This document shows positions 19,196 through 30,199 of a stretch of 64,000 nt of DNA, in pieces. The notes beneath the pieces are model-generated. The model was not told the origin of the DNA and did not search any database. It saw nothing but the letters and a program-made list of their open reading frames with translations. The DNA comes from Candidatus Latescibacterota bacterium (GTDB taxonomy: Bacteria; Latescibacterota; UBA2968), in the NCBI GenBank assembly GCA_965208125.1, contig OZ242320.1:4096001-4160000 (forward strand), written 5' to 3'. A program made the translations under genes and the position numbers. Each line of letters starts with the position of its first letter. Within the stretch, counting starts at the first letter, position 1.

Positions 19196-20104
19196 CTATC
19201 CGGTTCCGACGAGCACAAGCCCTGTGAAGATGATGGCGACCCCAAGGTATTTGGGCGTGTAGCCGGGTTCTTTGAGAAGTAGGATACCGAAAATAGTGCC
19301 CAGGGGAATGCTGATCTGGCGAAAAGTAACGACATAGCTGACGTTTGAGACAAAGGCCAGGCTGATCAGGACCAGAGTATAAGCGATGGCCATGCCAGCA
19401 CCTGCCAGCAGGGCGCGAGATGCCCGCGTTTTCAGGATTTCCCACATCAGGATGCGACCGCGTTTTTGAAATAGAACCCAAATGCCCAGCCAGAGTGAGG
19501 TAATGAGGCCTTCGAAAAAGGCGTAGAGGATCGTAGCCTGCCAGCCTGCAATGGGGAGGGCGGGAGTATCTCTGAGGAAGCGCAAAGCCTCGTCGTCGAT
19601 GATCGAATAACCGGCTGAGGCGAAGGCGGCCATCAATGCAAACAATACCGATGAAGTCAGGTAGTTGTCAATATGGAAATCACTCAAATGTTTCATGGGC
19701 AGGATAAACATCCCAATGACAACCAGAGCAATGCCCCAAATGCACTGTGCGCTGACCTGGTCGGCACGGTCAAAAAAGAGCGTCACGATAATGACCACGA
19801 TGACCGGGGATGACCTTGCGATGGGGTAGAGGATGGATAGGTCTCCTCTCTGGTAGGCGTTGGCCAAGCCGAGGATGTAGATGGTCTGAAAAATACCTGT
19901 TGCGATAAGTAAGAGCCATACGGAGGTAGGGAATGTGGGAATTGCCGATCCGAATAAGATGAGGGCGGGAATCAGGCACAGAGTTCCCAGTGTGTTGACC
20001 AGGAGGAAAAAGGCAGAGGACGGATGTTCCCATTTACACAACAGGTTCCAGCCCACATGGGTGAAGGCGGAGATGAGGATGAGGATGATGGCGGTGAGGG
20101 TCAT
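19196..20104 (-). CDS. EamA/DMT family transporter
   Basis: SAFTHVGWN, AYQRGDLSILYPIARSSP, SYVVTFRQISI; start MTLTAII at 20104. Confidence 0.88.
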   Translation of the reverse strand: MTLTAIILILISAFTHVGWNLLCKWEHPSSAFFLLVNTLGTLCLIPALILFGSAIPTFPTSVWLLLIATGIFQTIYILGLANAYQRGDLSILYPIARSSPVIVVIIVTLFFDRADQVSAQCIWGIALVVIGMFILPMKHLSDFHIDNYLTSSVLFALMAAFASAGYSIIDDEALRFLRDTPALPIAGWQATILYAFFEGLITSLWLGIWVLFQKRGRILMWEILKTRASRALLAGAGMAIAYTLVLISLAFVSNVSYVVTFRQISIPLGTIFGILLLKEPGYTPKYLGVAIIFTGLVLVGTG

Positions 20105-20132
20105 GGCGGTATTGTAGAAATATCCGAGGTAT

Positions 20133-21398
20133 TCAGGCCTCCGCCAACTCGAATTTACTCTCAAACGCAGTCAGGGATTCTTGCATTTCACTTGCCAATG
20201 CCCTTGAGTCGGACGCTTCTGATAGGTTTCTAGTCTCCCAGGGATCCGCTTCCATGTCGAAGAGCTGGATTACTGGATCGCCCTCATAGGTGATGAGCTT
20301 GTGTGTGTTGGTGCGGAGCATTTTACCGCCTCCGGTGGCGTGTGCTACCACAAAATCCCGCCAATCTGGATTTTCTCCCTCAGCAATCGCACGCAGGCTG
20401 TATCCCCGCATCATGGGAGGCGGCGAGATCCCGGCATAATCACAAACTGTCGGAAAAACATCTACGCCCGATACGAGATGCTCCTGGTCAATTACCTGTT
20501 CTTCGATGTGACCGGGCCAACTCATGATAAAAGGTACCCGCGCGGCTTCATCGTATAGAAAGCTCTTAAAGACCATCTTGTGTCGAAGATGCCCGTCCCC
20601 ATGGTCGGATGTAAGGATCACGACCGTATTGTCCTTAAATGCTGAATTTTCGAGCGCGTCCAGGATCAGACCGATCTGCCCATCCACCTTTTCAATATAG
20701 CGGTAGTAGGTCCAGATATAGTGACGATAGAGTTTCTCTTCCCACTTTTCCATACCCGATTCTTCGCCTCGATCTGCCAGTTTTTGATTCCGAGAGCTTA
20801 TGATTTTTTCCGGTTCCGCCATGTTTGTCTCAAAATTGGGGGGTAGAGGAGGAAGGTCGTCAATCTCGGGGAACGGCATCTTCCCATCGTGCATCGTATG
20901 TGTCAGTACGAAAGAGCAGATATCGTGCGGATTCAAGAGTCCGACTGACAGGAAGAAGGGTTCTTTTTCCTGGTAGTTCTGGAGAAATCCGATCGCACTG
21001 CGGGTCGAAGCAATGTCTCCGGTCTCGGCCGTATTCCGCGGATCGGGGCAGATATGGTGGAAACTCTGCGCGACATCTCTGCCGGGAATATGCCATTTTC
21101 CGCTGTAGTAGGCGTTGTAACCATTTTTGTTCAGCCATTGTCCCAGATCCGGCATGGTCGGAACCATGTTGGCACCATTGGCCACGACACCGTTTTCGGG
21201 GGTGTGGCGTCCGGTAAACCAGCTCGCACGTGCCGGACAGCAGACTGGATTGGCGCTATAGGATTTTGTAAAACTGATTCCCCTTGCTGCAAGCCGGTCC
21301 ATACCGGGTGTCTTCACGTCATTGCACCCCAGATGCCCAAGGGCTTCCGCGCTATGCTGGTCGGTCGTAATCAGAAGTATATTCGGTCTCTGTTTCAT
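20133..21398 (-). CDS. Sulfatase (Cys-type)
   Basis: PNILLITTDQ, CCPAR, GKWH, SDHG. Confidence 0.92.
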   Translation of the reverse strand: MKQRPNILLITTDQHSAEALGHLGCNDVKTPGMDRLAARGISFTKSYSANPVCCPARASWFTGRHTPENGVVANGANMVPTMPDLGQWLNKNGYNAYYSGKWHIPGRDVAQSFHHICPDPRNTAETGDIASTRSAIGFLQNYQEKEPFFLSVGLLNPHDICSFVLTHTMHDGKMPFPEIDDLPPLPPNFETNMAEPEKIISSRNQKLADRGEESGMEKWEEKLYRHYIWTYYRYIEKVDGQIGLILDALENSAFKDNTVVILTSDHGDGHLRHKMVFKSFLYDEAARVPFIMSWPGHIEEQVIDQEHLVSGVDVFPTVCDYAGISPPPMMRGYSLRAIAEGENPDWRDFVVAHATGGGKMLRTNTHKLITYEGDPVIQLFDMEADPWETRNLSEASDSRALASEMQESLTAFESKFELAEA

Positions 21399-21401
21399 TG
21401 C

Positions 21402-22121
21402 TTATGACCCCTCCCTCTTGAGGATCACTGTCCGACGCGTACTCACCACGAGAAATAATCGCCCATTCGCATCTACATAATAACAGGTGGGAATAACGGA
21501 TTCTCCGTAATGGCAATATACATCTGCAGTCACAGCACTTTGATCTGTTGTGATCTCCGATGTCCCGCGATAAATTAGAAACTGATTTTCCCGGATCATC
21601 GAGAATTCTTCTATCAGGTCAAATGCGTGCTTTGTAGTGTCCTTTCTGGCACTTAGTCGCTGGACTGCGTCAAAAAGACACCAGTCGGCGGTATAAGGAC
21701 CAAGCGTTTTTGAGCGCGCAGGTTCTTTGTTATCCATAAAAAGTCGGCTATTTCGGATTTCTCCTTTCTGGGTGTATTCAACCAGTCCTTTTCCCGCCGT
21801 GCTCCCGTTGGAATACTTCAGCGTCCAGGCCTTTGGAGATGTGAGTGCGTTGTTCTCGCAGTGTGCATTAATTTTTGTTGTGTTATCGAACTTCAGGTCC
21901 GAGCAGGCGATTCCCAAATGACGGTCTTCACCTTCATTCTTTGCAGAAATCCTGAGTGTAGCCTCAGGTTCGTGAGGCCTGCTCCCTCGCTTCGTCCGAA
22001 TGTTCATCCAGTAGATGTCGTATGTCTGCTCTCCCGGTGCCTCCGGATCAAAGGTTCCGGCGGGCAAACCGTATTTGTTCAATACCCTCTTTGTGTGGAT
22101 ATATTCCCATGGCTCGGCCAT
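21402..22121 (-). CDS. Hypothetical protein
   Basis: 239-aa ORF with AAGGAG RBS, abutting the sulfatase; no recognised motif. Confidence 0.65.
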   Translation of the reverse strand: MAEPWEYIHTKRVLNKYGLPAGTFDPEAPGEQTYDIYWMNIRTKRGSRPHEPEATLRISAKNEGEDRHLGIACSDLKFDNTTKINAHCENNALTSPKAWTLKYSNGSTAGKGLVEYTQKGEIRNSRLFMDNKEPARSKTLGPYTADWCLFDAVQRLSARKDTTKHAFDLIEEFSMIRENQFLIYRGTSEITTDQSAVTADVYCHYGESVIPTCYYVDANGRLFLVVSTRRTVILKREGS

Positions 22122-22333
22122 TTCCCCGCTCCTTTGTATGGAAGTCTCTCAATGAAGGACATTCAGATTCTACGACATACTGAAGGGAAGAGCAAGTATC
22201 ATCTGGTAGGGATTTTGAAGGGGTGTTGAAAAATGCTCTATGACCTACTTCGCCGAGCTTGACCTGCAAAGGCGAAGTCGCTATTGTATCGGGCGCGAAT
22301 TGTACTGCAGGAGCAACTGATGGAGGACCAACG

Positions 22334-23653
22334 ATGTCGAATGAAAAGCCGAATGTGCTGGTGATTCAGCCCGACCAGCATCGCGGAACTGTGATGGGTT
22401 GTGCAGGTGACTCGCAGGTGAAAACGCCGAATCTGGACCACCTTGCGTCGGAGGGGATCCGGTTCTCGCACTGCGCCTCGTCCAGCCCTGTGTGTTCCCC
22501 ATTTCGGGGGACGATGCAGACTGGATTGTATTGCCATACCCACGGCGTGGATGTGAACAATATTCTGCTGAATCCCGAGTTGATCACATTTGCCGATCTG
22601 TTTGCGGACGCCGGATACGCCACAGGCTATATCGGGAAGTGGCATCTGGATGGGGGTAAGCCCAGGGGATGGGGTGGATTTATTGAGCCTGGTCCCAGGC
22701 GAGCGGGATGGCGGGAATGGCACGGGTACCAGAAGGGGCACGAGTTTTTTGAAGTCTGGGACTACAACGAGAATCGCGAGAGGGTGCGGATCGAAGGTTA
22801 CGACTGGGAGCCAGCGTGGCATACGGATATGGCTCTGGACTTTGCAAAACGAAATCGCGACGCCGATAGTCCCTGGCTCTACTATTTGGGATATGGCCCG
22901 CCGCACCAGCCCGAACAGTGCCCGCAGAAGTACCTGGATATGTACGATCCCGATACTTTTGAGTTGCCAGACGACGTGAAGGGACGGTTCGGAGATCGGG
23001 AACGCGAGCTTCGGCGGCTTTATCAGATGTATTACGGTCAGGTAACAGCAGTGGATGTGGAGATTGGACGTGTGATGGCTGGCCTGGAGGAACTGGGAAT
23101 CTCAGACAATACGATTGTGGTCTATATAAGCGATCACGGCGATAAGCTGGGCAGTCACTGCGAACCCGATGAGCGCAACTTTCGCGGCAAGGGAAGTCCC
23201 TTTGCGACCGCATTTCGCATTCCGTTCATCGTGCGATGGCCCAATCGCATTGAGCCAAATCAGGTGTGTGACGCGCTGGTGAGTAGCGTGGATCTCACGC
23301 CCACGATTCTGGACCTGGCGGGATTGGGGATTCCCGATGTGATGCAGGGCGACAGTATGGCGAGTTGGTGTCTGGAGGGAAAAGGCGTGGCGAACGACTG
23401 TGTATATATGGGACTCCGCGGCGCGACTCAGCCCGATGGATGGCGTGCCGTATGGGATGGCCGTTACGTGTTTTCACCAGGCATTCACAATGTCCTGTAT
23501 GACCACGAATCCGATCCGCTGGAGATGGAAAATCTCATCGACGCGCCGCAGATTTCAGGTGAGAAGAAACGGTTAGCGGAGTTACTCGTACAGATGGCAG
23601 AAAAGACAGAAGATCCGATGCTGCAAGAGGTGAAGGGACTTTGCGGTGTGTGA
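22334..23653 (+). CDS. Sulfatase (Cys-type)
   Basis: GGAGG RBS before MSNEKPNV; CSPFR, GKWHL, SDHG. Confidence 0.92.
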   Translation: MSNEKPNVLVIQPDQHRGTVMGCAGDSQVKTPNLDHLASEGIRFSHCASSSPVCSPFRGTMQTGLYCHTHGVDVNNILLNPELITFADLFADAGYATGYIGKWHLDGGKPRGWGGFIEPGPRRAGWREWHGYQKGHEFFEVWDYNENRERVRIEGYDWEPAWHTDMALDFAKRNRDADSPWLYYLGYGPPHQPEQCPQKYLDMYDPDTFELPDDVKGRFGDRERELRRLYQMYYGQVTAVDVEIGRVMAGLEELGISDNTIVVYISDHGDKLGSHCEPDERNFRGKGSPFATAFRIPFIVRWPNRIEPNQVCDALVSSVDLTPTILDLAGLGIPDVMQGDSMASWCLEGKGVANDCVYMGLRGATQPDGWRAVWDGRYVFSPGIHNVLYDHESDPLEMENLIDAPQISGEKKRLAELLVQMAEKTEDPMLQEVKGLCGV

Positions 23654-24952
23654 TCATCCCTGACCGTCATCGCGGCCATACGCATGCTCCCACGCTTTCA
23701 CCCGTCCAAACAACACGCCCACGCGTTCTTGATATCTTTCATCCTCAATCCGATTATAAAACTCCTTCGGATCCTCCGCCAAATCAAAATACTCTCCTGC
23801 TTCACCCTGATATACATTTAACTTTTCCGTTTCTGTCCGAATCATCTGGGTATCACCAATCTGACTGAATACCGCATCCCGCCAATCATCAGGGAGTGGC
23901 TCTCCATCCAGCAACGGTGTCAAAGACCGGCCGTGTATAGAGTCGGGAACCTCAGCCCCAATCAGATCACAAATCGTCGGAAACAAATCAATATGTTCTA
24001 CTAGTTCATCCCGCACCCCTGATCGAATTCTGGGATCAGAAATCAACAATGGCACATGCACTGAAGCCTCTCGCATATTAAACTTCAAAAACATCTCATG
24101 CTCCCACATCTGATCGCCGTGATCTGCCGTCCAGATTACAATCGTCTCGTCCCTGATTCCCAACCTCTCCAACGCATCTAAAACCATCCCACAATACCCA
24201 TCCACAAGTTCAATCATCCCGTAATATCCCGCAATTACCTGTCGCAGTTCCACGGGTGTCAGATGCGCCCACTCTTTCCGTTTCCTCAAAATATCACTGT
24301 GGGGCAACGGCGCATCAGCAGGTGCTTGCTCTGGTAATTCGATCTTTGACTGATCAATCTTTTCATAAATTTCTTTGGGCGGATAAAACGGGGGATGAGG
24401 CTCCGTAAAACTCGTCCAGGACAGAAATTTATCTCCTTTACTGACGGCTTCTTCAATCTGTCGAATCGACTCTGTCGCCACATGATATCCCCAATACTGC
24501 TCCCGACTTCGCGGACTTGGCCCGCCAGATGACCGCCGCAATACCCCCTCATTTTCCCAATCGTATCGGGCGAGCATATTCTCAGGCATTGTCTCGCGCC
24601 ACATCTGTTGTGTAATTTCTGGCTCATAGCCATTGTCCATATCGGGGTCTTTCCAGTGCATATGTCCCAGATGAAAACGACGATAATTCAAGGGTTGCAC
24701 CGCGTGTGCGATCGTGTACATTCCCGGATAAGGCATTGAATTATTGGTAAAGACGCCATGTGTATGGACATATTTGCCGGTTGCCAAACTGTGCCGCGCT
24801 GGCGAACACACTGGCGACTGTGTATAACACTGGTCAAATCGCACACTCTTTTCAGCCAGGCGATCCAGGTTAGGCGTATGAGCCAGTGGATTCCCCAGGC
24901 ACCCCAACGCATCAAATCTGTGATGATCGCTCATCAAAACAAGTACATTCAT
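23654..24952 (-). CDS. Sulfatase (Cys-type)
   Basis: CSPAR, PHPP, ADHG. Confidence 0.92.
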   Translation of the reverse strand: MNVLVLMSDHHRFDALGCLGNPLAHTPNLDRLAEKSVRFDQCYTQSPVCSPARHSLATGKYVHTHGVFTNNSMPYPGMYTIAHAVQPLNYRRFHLGHMHWKDPDMDNGYEPEITQQMWRETMPENMLARYDWENEGVLRRSSGGPSPRSREQYWGYHVATESIRQIEEAVSKGDKFLSWTSFTEPHPPFYPPKEIYEKIDQSKIELPEQAPADAPLPHSDILRKRKEWAHLTPVELRQVIAGYYGMIELVDGYCGMVLDALERLGIRDETIVIWTADHGDQMWEHEMFLKFNMREASVHVPLLISDPRIRSGVRDELVEHIDLFPTICDLIGAEVPDSIHGRSLTPLLDGEPLPDDWRDAVFSQIGDTQMIRTETEKLNVYQGEAGEYFDLAEDPKEFYNRIEDERYQERVGVLFGRVKAWEHAYGRDDGQG

Positions 24953-24970
24953 TAATCAATCTCCTTTCAA

Positions 24971-26218
24971 TCAACTCCTCGTTCGATTTCTCCATTGGTT
25001 AAGCGCGTTGAGCAAGCTGTCTCTGGTTTCGCGGTTCAGACTCTGAGCCAGATTGTTGCGTTCATACGGGTCGTCCGCCAGATCAAAGCAATGCGTAATG
25101 TCATTCTCGTTCCGCTTTGTAACCAGCTTTACGTCGCCCCTGATAATGCAATCATCTTTGTGTTCGATGAAGACATCTGTTGAGGTATCTGGCTCTCCTG
25201 TCAGGCAGGGCAGCAGAGAGCGTCCTTCAGTTTCTCCCGGATTTTCAGCATTGGCCAGATGGAGGATAGTGGCGAATAGATCTACGGTAGATACTGGTTT
25301 CTCAACAACACATTGAGTTGTTCCGGGTACGCGGATGAGCAGAGGCACGCGAACAGACTCATCGAACATAACGCCTTTTCCGAACAAGCCATGACAACCG
25401 GCCATATCGCCATGGTCAGATGTGAAGATGACTACAGTATCATCTGCCAGTCCAGTCGTTTCCAGTGTTTTCAATACGCGGCCAAACGCGGTGTCCAACT
25501 GAGAGATTTCCCCAAAGTACCGCTTTCTGAATTCTTCAACACCGTAGTCCGCATTCCAGCCCCTGTTCTTGAACCAGGCGTCGTGGTCTGTGTTGGGTGG
25601 GTTATCCAGTACGGACTTATCATATCGCTGCCTGTCGGTCATCGGGGGCGAACACGGAGGATGGGGCGCTTGATACGATACGGCCATGAAGAATGGGGAT
25701 TTCGGGGATGATAGCGATTCCAGTTCTTCGCAGACAATATCTGTCAAGCCATCGGTTTCGTGTCCGCGAAGCCTTATGGGGTTGTCGGGATCATCGTACC
25801 AGATCAGTCCGGCATTGTGATCTACATGGTGGCTTTCCCACCCAATGAAGTGTTGAAAGCCTCCGCACAGTTCTGGCGGGACCCACCCGTTCCGTTGTTT
25901 ACCGCTCAAATGCCATTTTCCGATATAGTGCGTGTCATAACCCGCCTGATTCAGGTGATGGGCAATGGTCGGCTGATTCACGGGGAGGCGCATACCATTT
26001 CCTGTAACGCCGGTTTGGCTCGGGTATTGACCGGTTAATAGACAAGCTCTGTATGGGGTGCAGAGCGGTACATTCGTATAAGCGCGATTGAATTGTACGT
26101 TTTGTGTGGCGAATTGTGATAGGTTGGGGGCGTGAATTAGATGGTTTCCATAGAACGGCAACCATCTGGCGCTAAGCTGGTCGGGAAATATGAATAGGAT
26201 GTTTGGTCTGTGTATCAT
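24971..26218 (-). CDS. Sulfatase (Cys-type)
   Basis: CTPYR, GKWHL, SDHG. Confidence 0.92.
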   Translation of the reverse strand: MIHRPNILFIFPDQLSARWLPFYGNHLIHAPNLSQFATQNVQFNRAYTNVPLCTPYRACLLTGQYPSQTGVTGNGMRLPVNQPTIAHHLNQAGYDTHYIGKWHLSGKQRNGWVPPELCGGFQHFIGWESHHVDHNAGLIWYDDPDNPIRLRGHETDGLTDIVCEELESLSSPKSPFFMAVSYQAPHPPCSPPMTDRQRYDKSVLDNPPNTDHDAWFKNRGWNADYGVEEFRKRYFGEISQLDTAFGRVLKTLETTGLADDTVVIFTSDHGDMAGCHGLFGKGVMFDESVRVPLLIRVPGTTQCVVEKPVSTVDLFATILHLANAENPGETEGRSLLPCLTGEPDTSTDVFIEHKDDCIIRGDVKLVTKRNENDITHCFDLADDPYERNNLAQSLNRETRDSLLNALNQWRNRTRS

Positions 26219-26254
26219 GTATTCGGGGTGGGGGAGAGGTCGATTGATTCTTTT

Positions 26255-28711
26255 TCAGTTGCTTTTGAAAGGGTCGCTCAAAACAACGAGGGTGATAAGA
26301 TCGCGCAGACCCTTATTTTTTTCCTGTACATCCTGGACTATTGTATCAATCCCCGGTCGATCAGTAATTCCCAACTCGCGACCAATCGCGTAGGTCAGCA
26401 ATTTTTCTGTCAGACAACGCGTGAATTCTGCGTGGCGCTTTGCCACTATCTTGCGAAATTCGACGAAGGATTGGAATGTCTCGCCACTCGGCAATTGTCC
26501 CGAAGGATCAATCGCTGCGCTTCTGGTATAGTGGGTTCGCCAACCGCCGATTGCGTCAAAGTTTTCCAGCGCAAAACCAGGGGGATCGATTTTGCTATGA
26601 CATTGGGCGCAGGTCGGCATCTCGCGGTGCTTGACCAGTTGATCTCTGATGGTCGTTGCTCCGCGCGTGTCTGGCTCAATTTCGGGCACATCGTCTGGCG
26701 GTGGCGGCGGTGTGTATCCCAGCAGATTTTCCAGCACATAAATCCCGCGCACCACGGGCGAAGTATCCACGCCATTGGCCGAAGCCATAAGAAAACTGCC
26801 CTGGCCCAGCAGACCACCGCGTGGTGTCCCGGTGAGCGGAACCCGACGAAAATGATCGCCCTCAATATCTTCTATCCCATAATGCCGGGCGAGTTCCCGA
26901 TTGAGAAAGGAATAATCAGCAGAAAGAAATTCGCGGGGCGAAAGATTGTTGTCGAGTATGTGCCGAAAAAATGTCTCTGTTTCAGTCACCATAGCAGGGC
27001 CGAGGTTGTCGCGAAAATAGACTCTAAAATCTGGGGACGGTGGCATCTCTCCAATGTTGTCATAGTGGAGCCATACGCGAATGAAATTTTTAACAAAGCG
27101 GTGCGATTTTGTGTCTTTGAGCATGCGATGGATCTGATTACTGAGCGTGGCCGGGTCGCTTAGTTTTTTTTGTTGAGCAAGTGCTATCAGTTCATCATCC
27201 GGTGCAGAAGACCACAGAAAATAGGATAGCCGGGCAGCCAGAGAATAATCATCCAGAGCGCCTTCGTCTTCATGCAAAAACAGAAAAGCTGGCGCACTGA
27301 GAATGGCCTGAAAACCCAGTTGTAACGCGGTCAACGGCTCCATGCCATTGCTGAGTTTTTCATGCGCAAGCGACTCAAATGGTGCCAGTTCGCCCGGGCG
27401 CAAGGGCCTGCGAAAAGCGGCTGTGGCAAATGCACGCAAACGATCCGATATACGCTTCTGATCCAAATCCTCGGGTTTTAGATCGCCATACATCAACTGA
27501 TGTCCGCGTGGAGGCCAGTGTTTTTTTTGAGGACCAATAACCTGAATTTCCCAAACCCTTAGCTTAGGCCCGCGGTAAATTTTGAGTAACGCATGATTTC
27601 TTTTATTTCCCGCTTTCTGATCCACGAAGGGCAGGATTTCGGGTTTTGGATCTTTTGCCTTAGTAAGTTTGCGAACCAGGGCTTTGGTTGCCAGCGTTCC
27701 ATTGCGAAAACGAACCTCAGGCTCAAATCCTTTTTCCAGATAAACATCCCATTCAAACCACTGAGGCTCTTCACGGGTCAGTTCAACAGTTGCAAGCGTG
27801 TATTCGCGAGTAATATTGCCCGTGCTCACTACACTGCCTTTTCGATCTACAGCTGCCAGTTCCAGCACAAGCGGGTCGCCTGTGGGAAAATCGTTGAGTT
27901 CTCTGTCATAATGGTGATTGCGATCAATTGCTGCCGCCTGTACCCTTATGGTGTAGATACCACTGACAGGGGCGCCACCATTTGCCAGCGGATAAAAGCC
28001 AATATGACCACCGCGGTAGTGACGTCCAGTGAGATCATCGTATCCCGTATCTGACACAAATCGAAAGCGATCCTCTCTAAAAACCTTGGGCAAGGAACTG
28101 GCCTGTTTGCCTTTAAAATAGAAGGGTGATTTCTGCACGTAATTTTTGGCTTCGGGGCTGGCTTCAAAACGCGTGGCACGGGTGACGGCTTCTTCGGCAA
28201 CACGCAAATAGTGGTTGAGCAACATGCCCGATGTGACAAGCCCAGCAGCATTGTTATCAAAGCCCTTGACCTTCACTTCGGGCGGAAAATCTTCCGTTGG
28301 ATCCCAGGCTTCCATATTCAGACCGAGTAAATCGCCGAGTGTCTGGCGATATTCCCAGGCGTTGAGCCGTCTCAGAGGTGTATGCTGTCCTTTGCCCGAC
28401 AATCGCATACGCGCTTCAGCAATTGATGCTGTAATCATCTGAACAGTGGCGAGCACCTCATCTTTACCCGGCTGCCTCTGGCGCTTTGGTGGCATCGACT
28501 GCAGGTTGAGCTGATCGACAATATCCTGCCAGAGTTCTAATTCTTTGAAGTTGGCAATTGTCTCAGAGAACTGATCAAAGCGCCGATCGGCTTTTTGTAC
28601 GCTTGAACCGTGACACTTGACACAATATTGTGTGAGAAATGCCCTGGGCAGTTCTCCCCAAACAGAATGCGCGCATAGCGTGAAGGCAATGACCATCAAA
28701 ATCCGTTTCAT
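26255..28711 (-). CDS. DUF1592/DUF1588 (PSD/PSCyt) planctomycete cytochrome c-type protein
   Basis: Signal peptide, CVKCH, LRRLN..EY, LAARLSYFLWSS.PD, TSPVVRG, CAQCH..IDP.GFALENFD. Confidence 0.9.
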   Translation of the reverse strand: MKRILMVIAFTLCAHSVWGELPRAFLTQYCVKCHGSSVQKADRRFDQFSETIANFKELELWQDIVDQLNLQSMPPKRQRQPGKDEVLATVQMITASIAEARMRLSGKGQHTPLRRLNAWEYRQTLGDLLGLNMEAWDPTEDFPPEVKVKGFDNNAAGLVTSGMLLNHYLRVAEEAVTRATRFEASPEAKNYVQKSPFYFKGKQASSLPKVFREDRFRFVSDTGYDDLTGRHYRGGHIGFYPLANGGAPVSGIYTIRVQAAAIDRNHHYDRELNDFPTGDPLVLELAAVDRKGSVVSTGNITREYTLATVELTREEPQWFEWDVYLEKGFEPEVRFRNGTLATKALVRKLTKAKDPKPEILPFVDQKAGNKRNHALLKIYRGPKLRVWEIQVIGPQKKHWPPRGHQLMYGDLKPEDLDQKRISDRLRAFATAAFRRPLRPGELAPFESLAHEKLSNGMEPLTALQLGFQAILSAPAFLFLHEDEGALDDYSLAARLSYFLWSSAPDDELIALAQQKKLSDPATLSNQIHRMLKDTKSHRFVKNFIRVWLHYDNIGEMPPSPDFRVYFRDNLGPAMVTETETFFRHILDNNLSPREFLSADYSFLNRELARHYGIEDIEGDHFRRVPLTGTPRGGLLGQGSFLMASANGVDTSPVVRGIYVLENLLGYTPPPPPDDVPEIEPDTRGATTIRDQLVKHREMPTCAQCHSKIDPPGFALENFDAIGGWRTHYTRSAAIDPSGQLPSGETFQSFVEFRKIVAKRHAEFTRCLTEKLLTYAIGRELGITDRPGIDTIVQDVQEKNKGLRDLITLVVLSDPFKSN

Positions 28712-29961
28712 GAAATCTCCATCGCAGAAAAGGTCCCTGTGCTTTTACCAAAGCTATCTCGCTCTACACCAAACCACTGCAAGACGGAAAGCCAGAGATT
28801 TGACAGTGGGATCCGCTTGTGTGCCTCAGCAGGACACACGAGATGTCCTTGATGTTTCAAACCGCCTCCAGCGAGAATCACCGGCAAATTCCTATTGGAA
28901 TGCCTTGAGCCATCGCCCATGCCACTTCCCAGAACGACCAGTGTGTCGTCAAACACATTTGCTTCTTTGAGGCGATCCAGAAACCGACTAAACTGAGTCA
29001 ACAAATATTTTTCCACTACCTGAAGGTCTTTCAATATCCCCTCCTCCTTGCCGTGGTGCGAAAGGCCGTGATATCCGCCAAGGTTGAGTTCGGATGTCTT
29101 AAAGCCCATGGGGATTTCAAAGGTCACAACCCGTGTCGAGTCTGTCTGTAATGCCAGTGTTAGCAGGTCATAAAAAAGCGGCATTTCCTCAATTTGCATC
29201 CGTTCGAGGTCTTCCACAGGTTCAATTGGGGATTCTGGCTTGGGTTTGTCGAGCCATTCGCGCGACATTTGCAAACGACGCTCGACGTCGCGCACCGAAG
29301 TCAGATATTGATCGAGCTTACCGCGATCCGCCGCATTTAACTGACCATCGAGTGTCTTTGCCGACGCGAGCAAGGCGTCGAGCACACTGCCCCGATTTGA
29401 TAGCGTACGACGCTCTGCGCTTCGCACAGCTTCATCATTCTGTACAAACAGAGCCTGAAAAATGCGGGCGGGATTGTTAATCGGTGCCACATTTACGCCC
29501 GACCGCGTCCATACCATGTCTGTGCCTCTGCCCAGCCCTGCAGTAATTGAGGGAAAGCGCGTCGTACTGCCCACATGCTCAGCTGCTATCTGGTCCAGCG
29601 TCATATTCTTTTCGGGGAAACCTGCGGCTTCTTCCTTGCGTATGCTGCTCAGAAATACATGTACGCCGGAGTGTCCACCGCCCGTACCGTGATCGAGATT
29701 TGAAAAGATAGTAAAATCATTTCGGTGTGAATCGATATACTTCAGCGTCAGGCTCGTCTCATAGTCCTTGCCGGACTGTTCGGGGAAAAATCCGCCCGGC
29801 CAAAATCCCAGATGATTGCCCACGCAGACCAGACGCCTCGGATTTGTCGCACCGTACACCATTCTGCTTTCCAAGAAAGGCAAAGATAGTGCTATGCCTG
29901 TGCCCTGTAAAAAGTGCCGACGATTAACCCTCGCTTGCAAAAGTTCAGAGATGACTTTCAT
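28708..29961 (-). CDS. DUF1552 (HXXSHH) family protein with Tat signal
   Basis: NRRHFLQG..LPFLES; YHGLSHH; usual partner of DUF1592. Confidence 0.9.
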   Translation of the reverse strand: MKVISELLQARVNRRHFLQGTGIALSLPFLESRMVYGATNPRRLVCVGNHLGFWPGGFFPEQSGKDYETSLTLKYIDSHRNDFTIFSNLDHGTGGGHSGVHVFLSSIRKEEAAGFPEKNMTLDQIAAEHVGSTTRFPSITAGLGRGTDMVWTRSGVNVAPINNPARIFQALFVQNDEAVRSAERRTLSNRGSVLDALLASAKTLDGQLNAADRGKLDQYLTSVRDVERRLQMSREWLDKPKPESPIEPVEDLERMQIEEMPLFYDLLTLALQTDSTRVVTFEIPMGFKTSELNLGGYHGLSHHGKEEGILKDLQVVEKYLLTQFSRFLDRLKEANVFDDTLVVLGSGMGDGSRHSNRNLPVILAGGGLKHQGHLVCPAEAHKRIPLSNLWLSVLQWFGVERDSFGKSTGTFSAMEIS

Positions 29962-30022
29962 GCCTTGTCCCCTAATTAATGGTTTCTATATAATTTGGAA
30001 TCTCTACGCCAAAATTCGTTCT

Positions 30023-30052
30023 AATATAGCAAACAACAAATTCTTTTGTCAA
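30023..30052 (-). promoter_or_regulatory. sigma70 promoter of the DUF1552-DUF1592 operon
   Basis: Minus TTGACA-18 bp-TATATT. Confidence 0.65.
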
Positions 30053-30074
30053 GCCGGCGATTGATGTCTTCGAC

Positions 30075-30098
30075 TTGCGCTTCACTTTGCGCTTCACT
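30075..30098. repeat. Perfect 12-bp tandem repeat TTGCGCTTCACT x2 between divergent promoters
   Basis: Read directly. Confidence 0.8.
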
Positions 30099-30199
30099 GA
30101 ATCGAAATAGACCTTGACAAAATACTCAGCCGATTCAAACTATATAGTCGGAATAAACTATTGAATATGTCGGACCAAATATCCAAAAGGAGTAGAGAG

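Noticed and set aside
22238-22906. 222-aa minus-strand ORF
   Set aside because: Shadow of the plus-strand sulfatase
26210-27163. 317-aa plus-strand ORF
   Set aside because: Antisense shadow of the DUF1592 gene; no motifs
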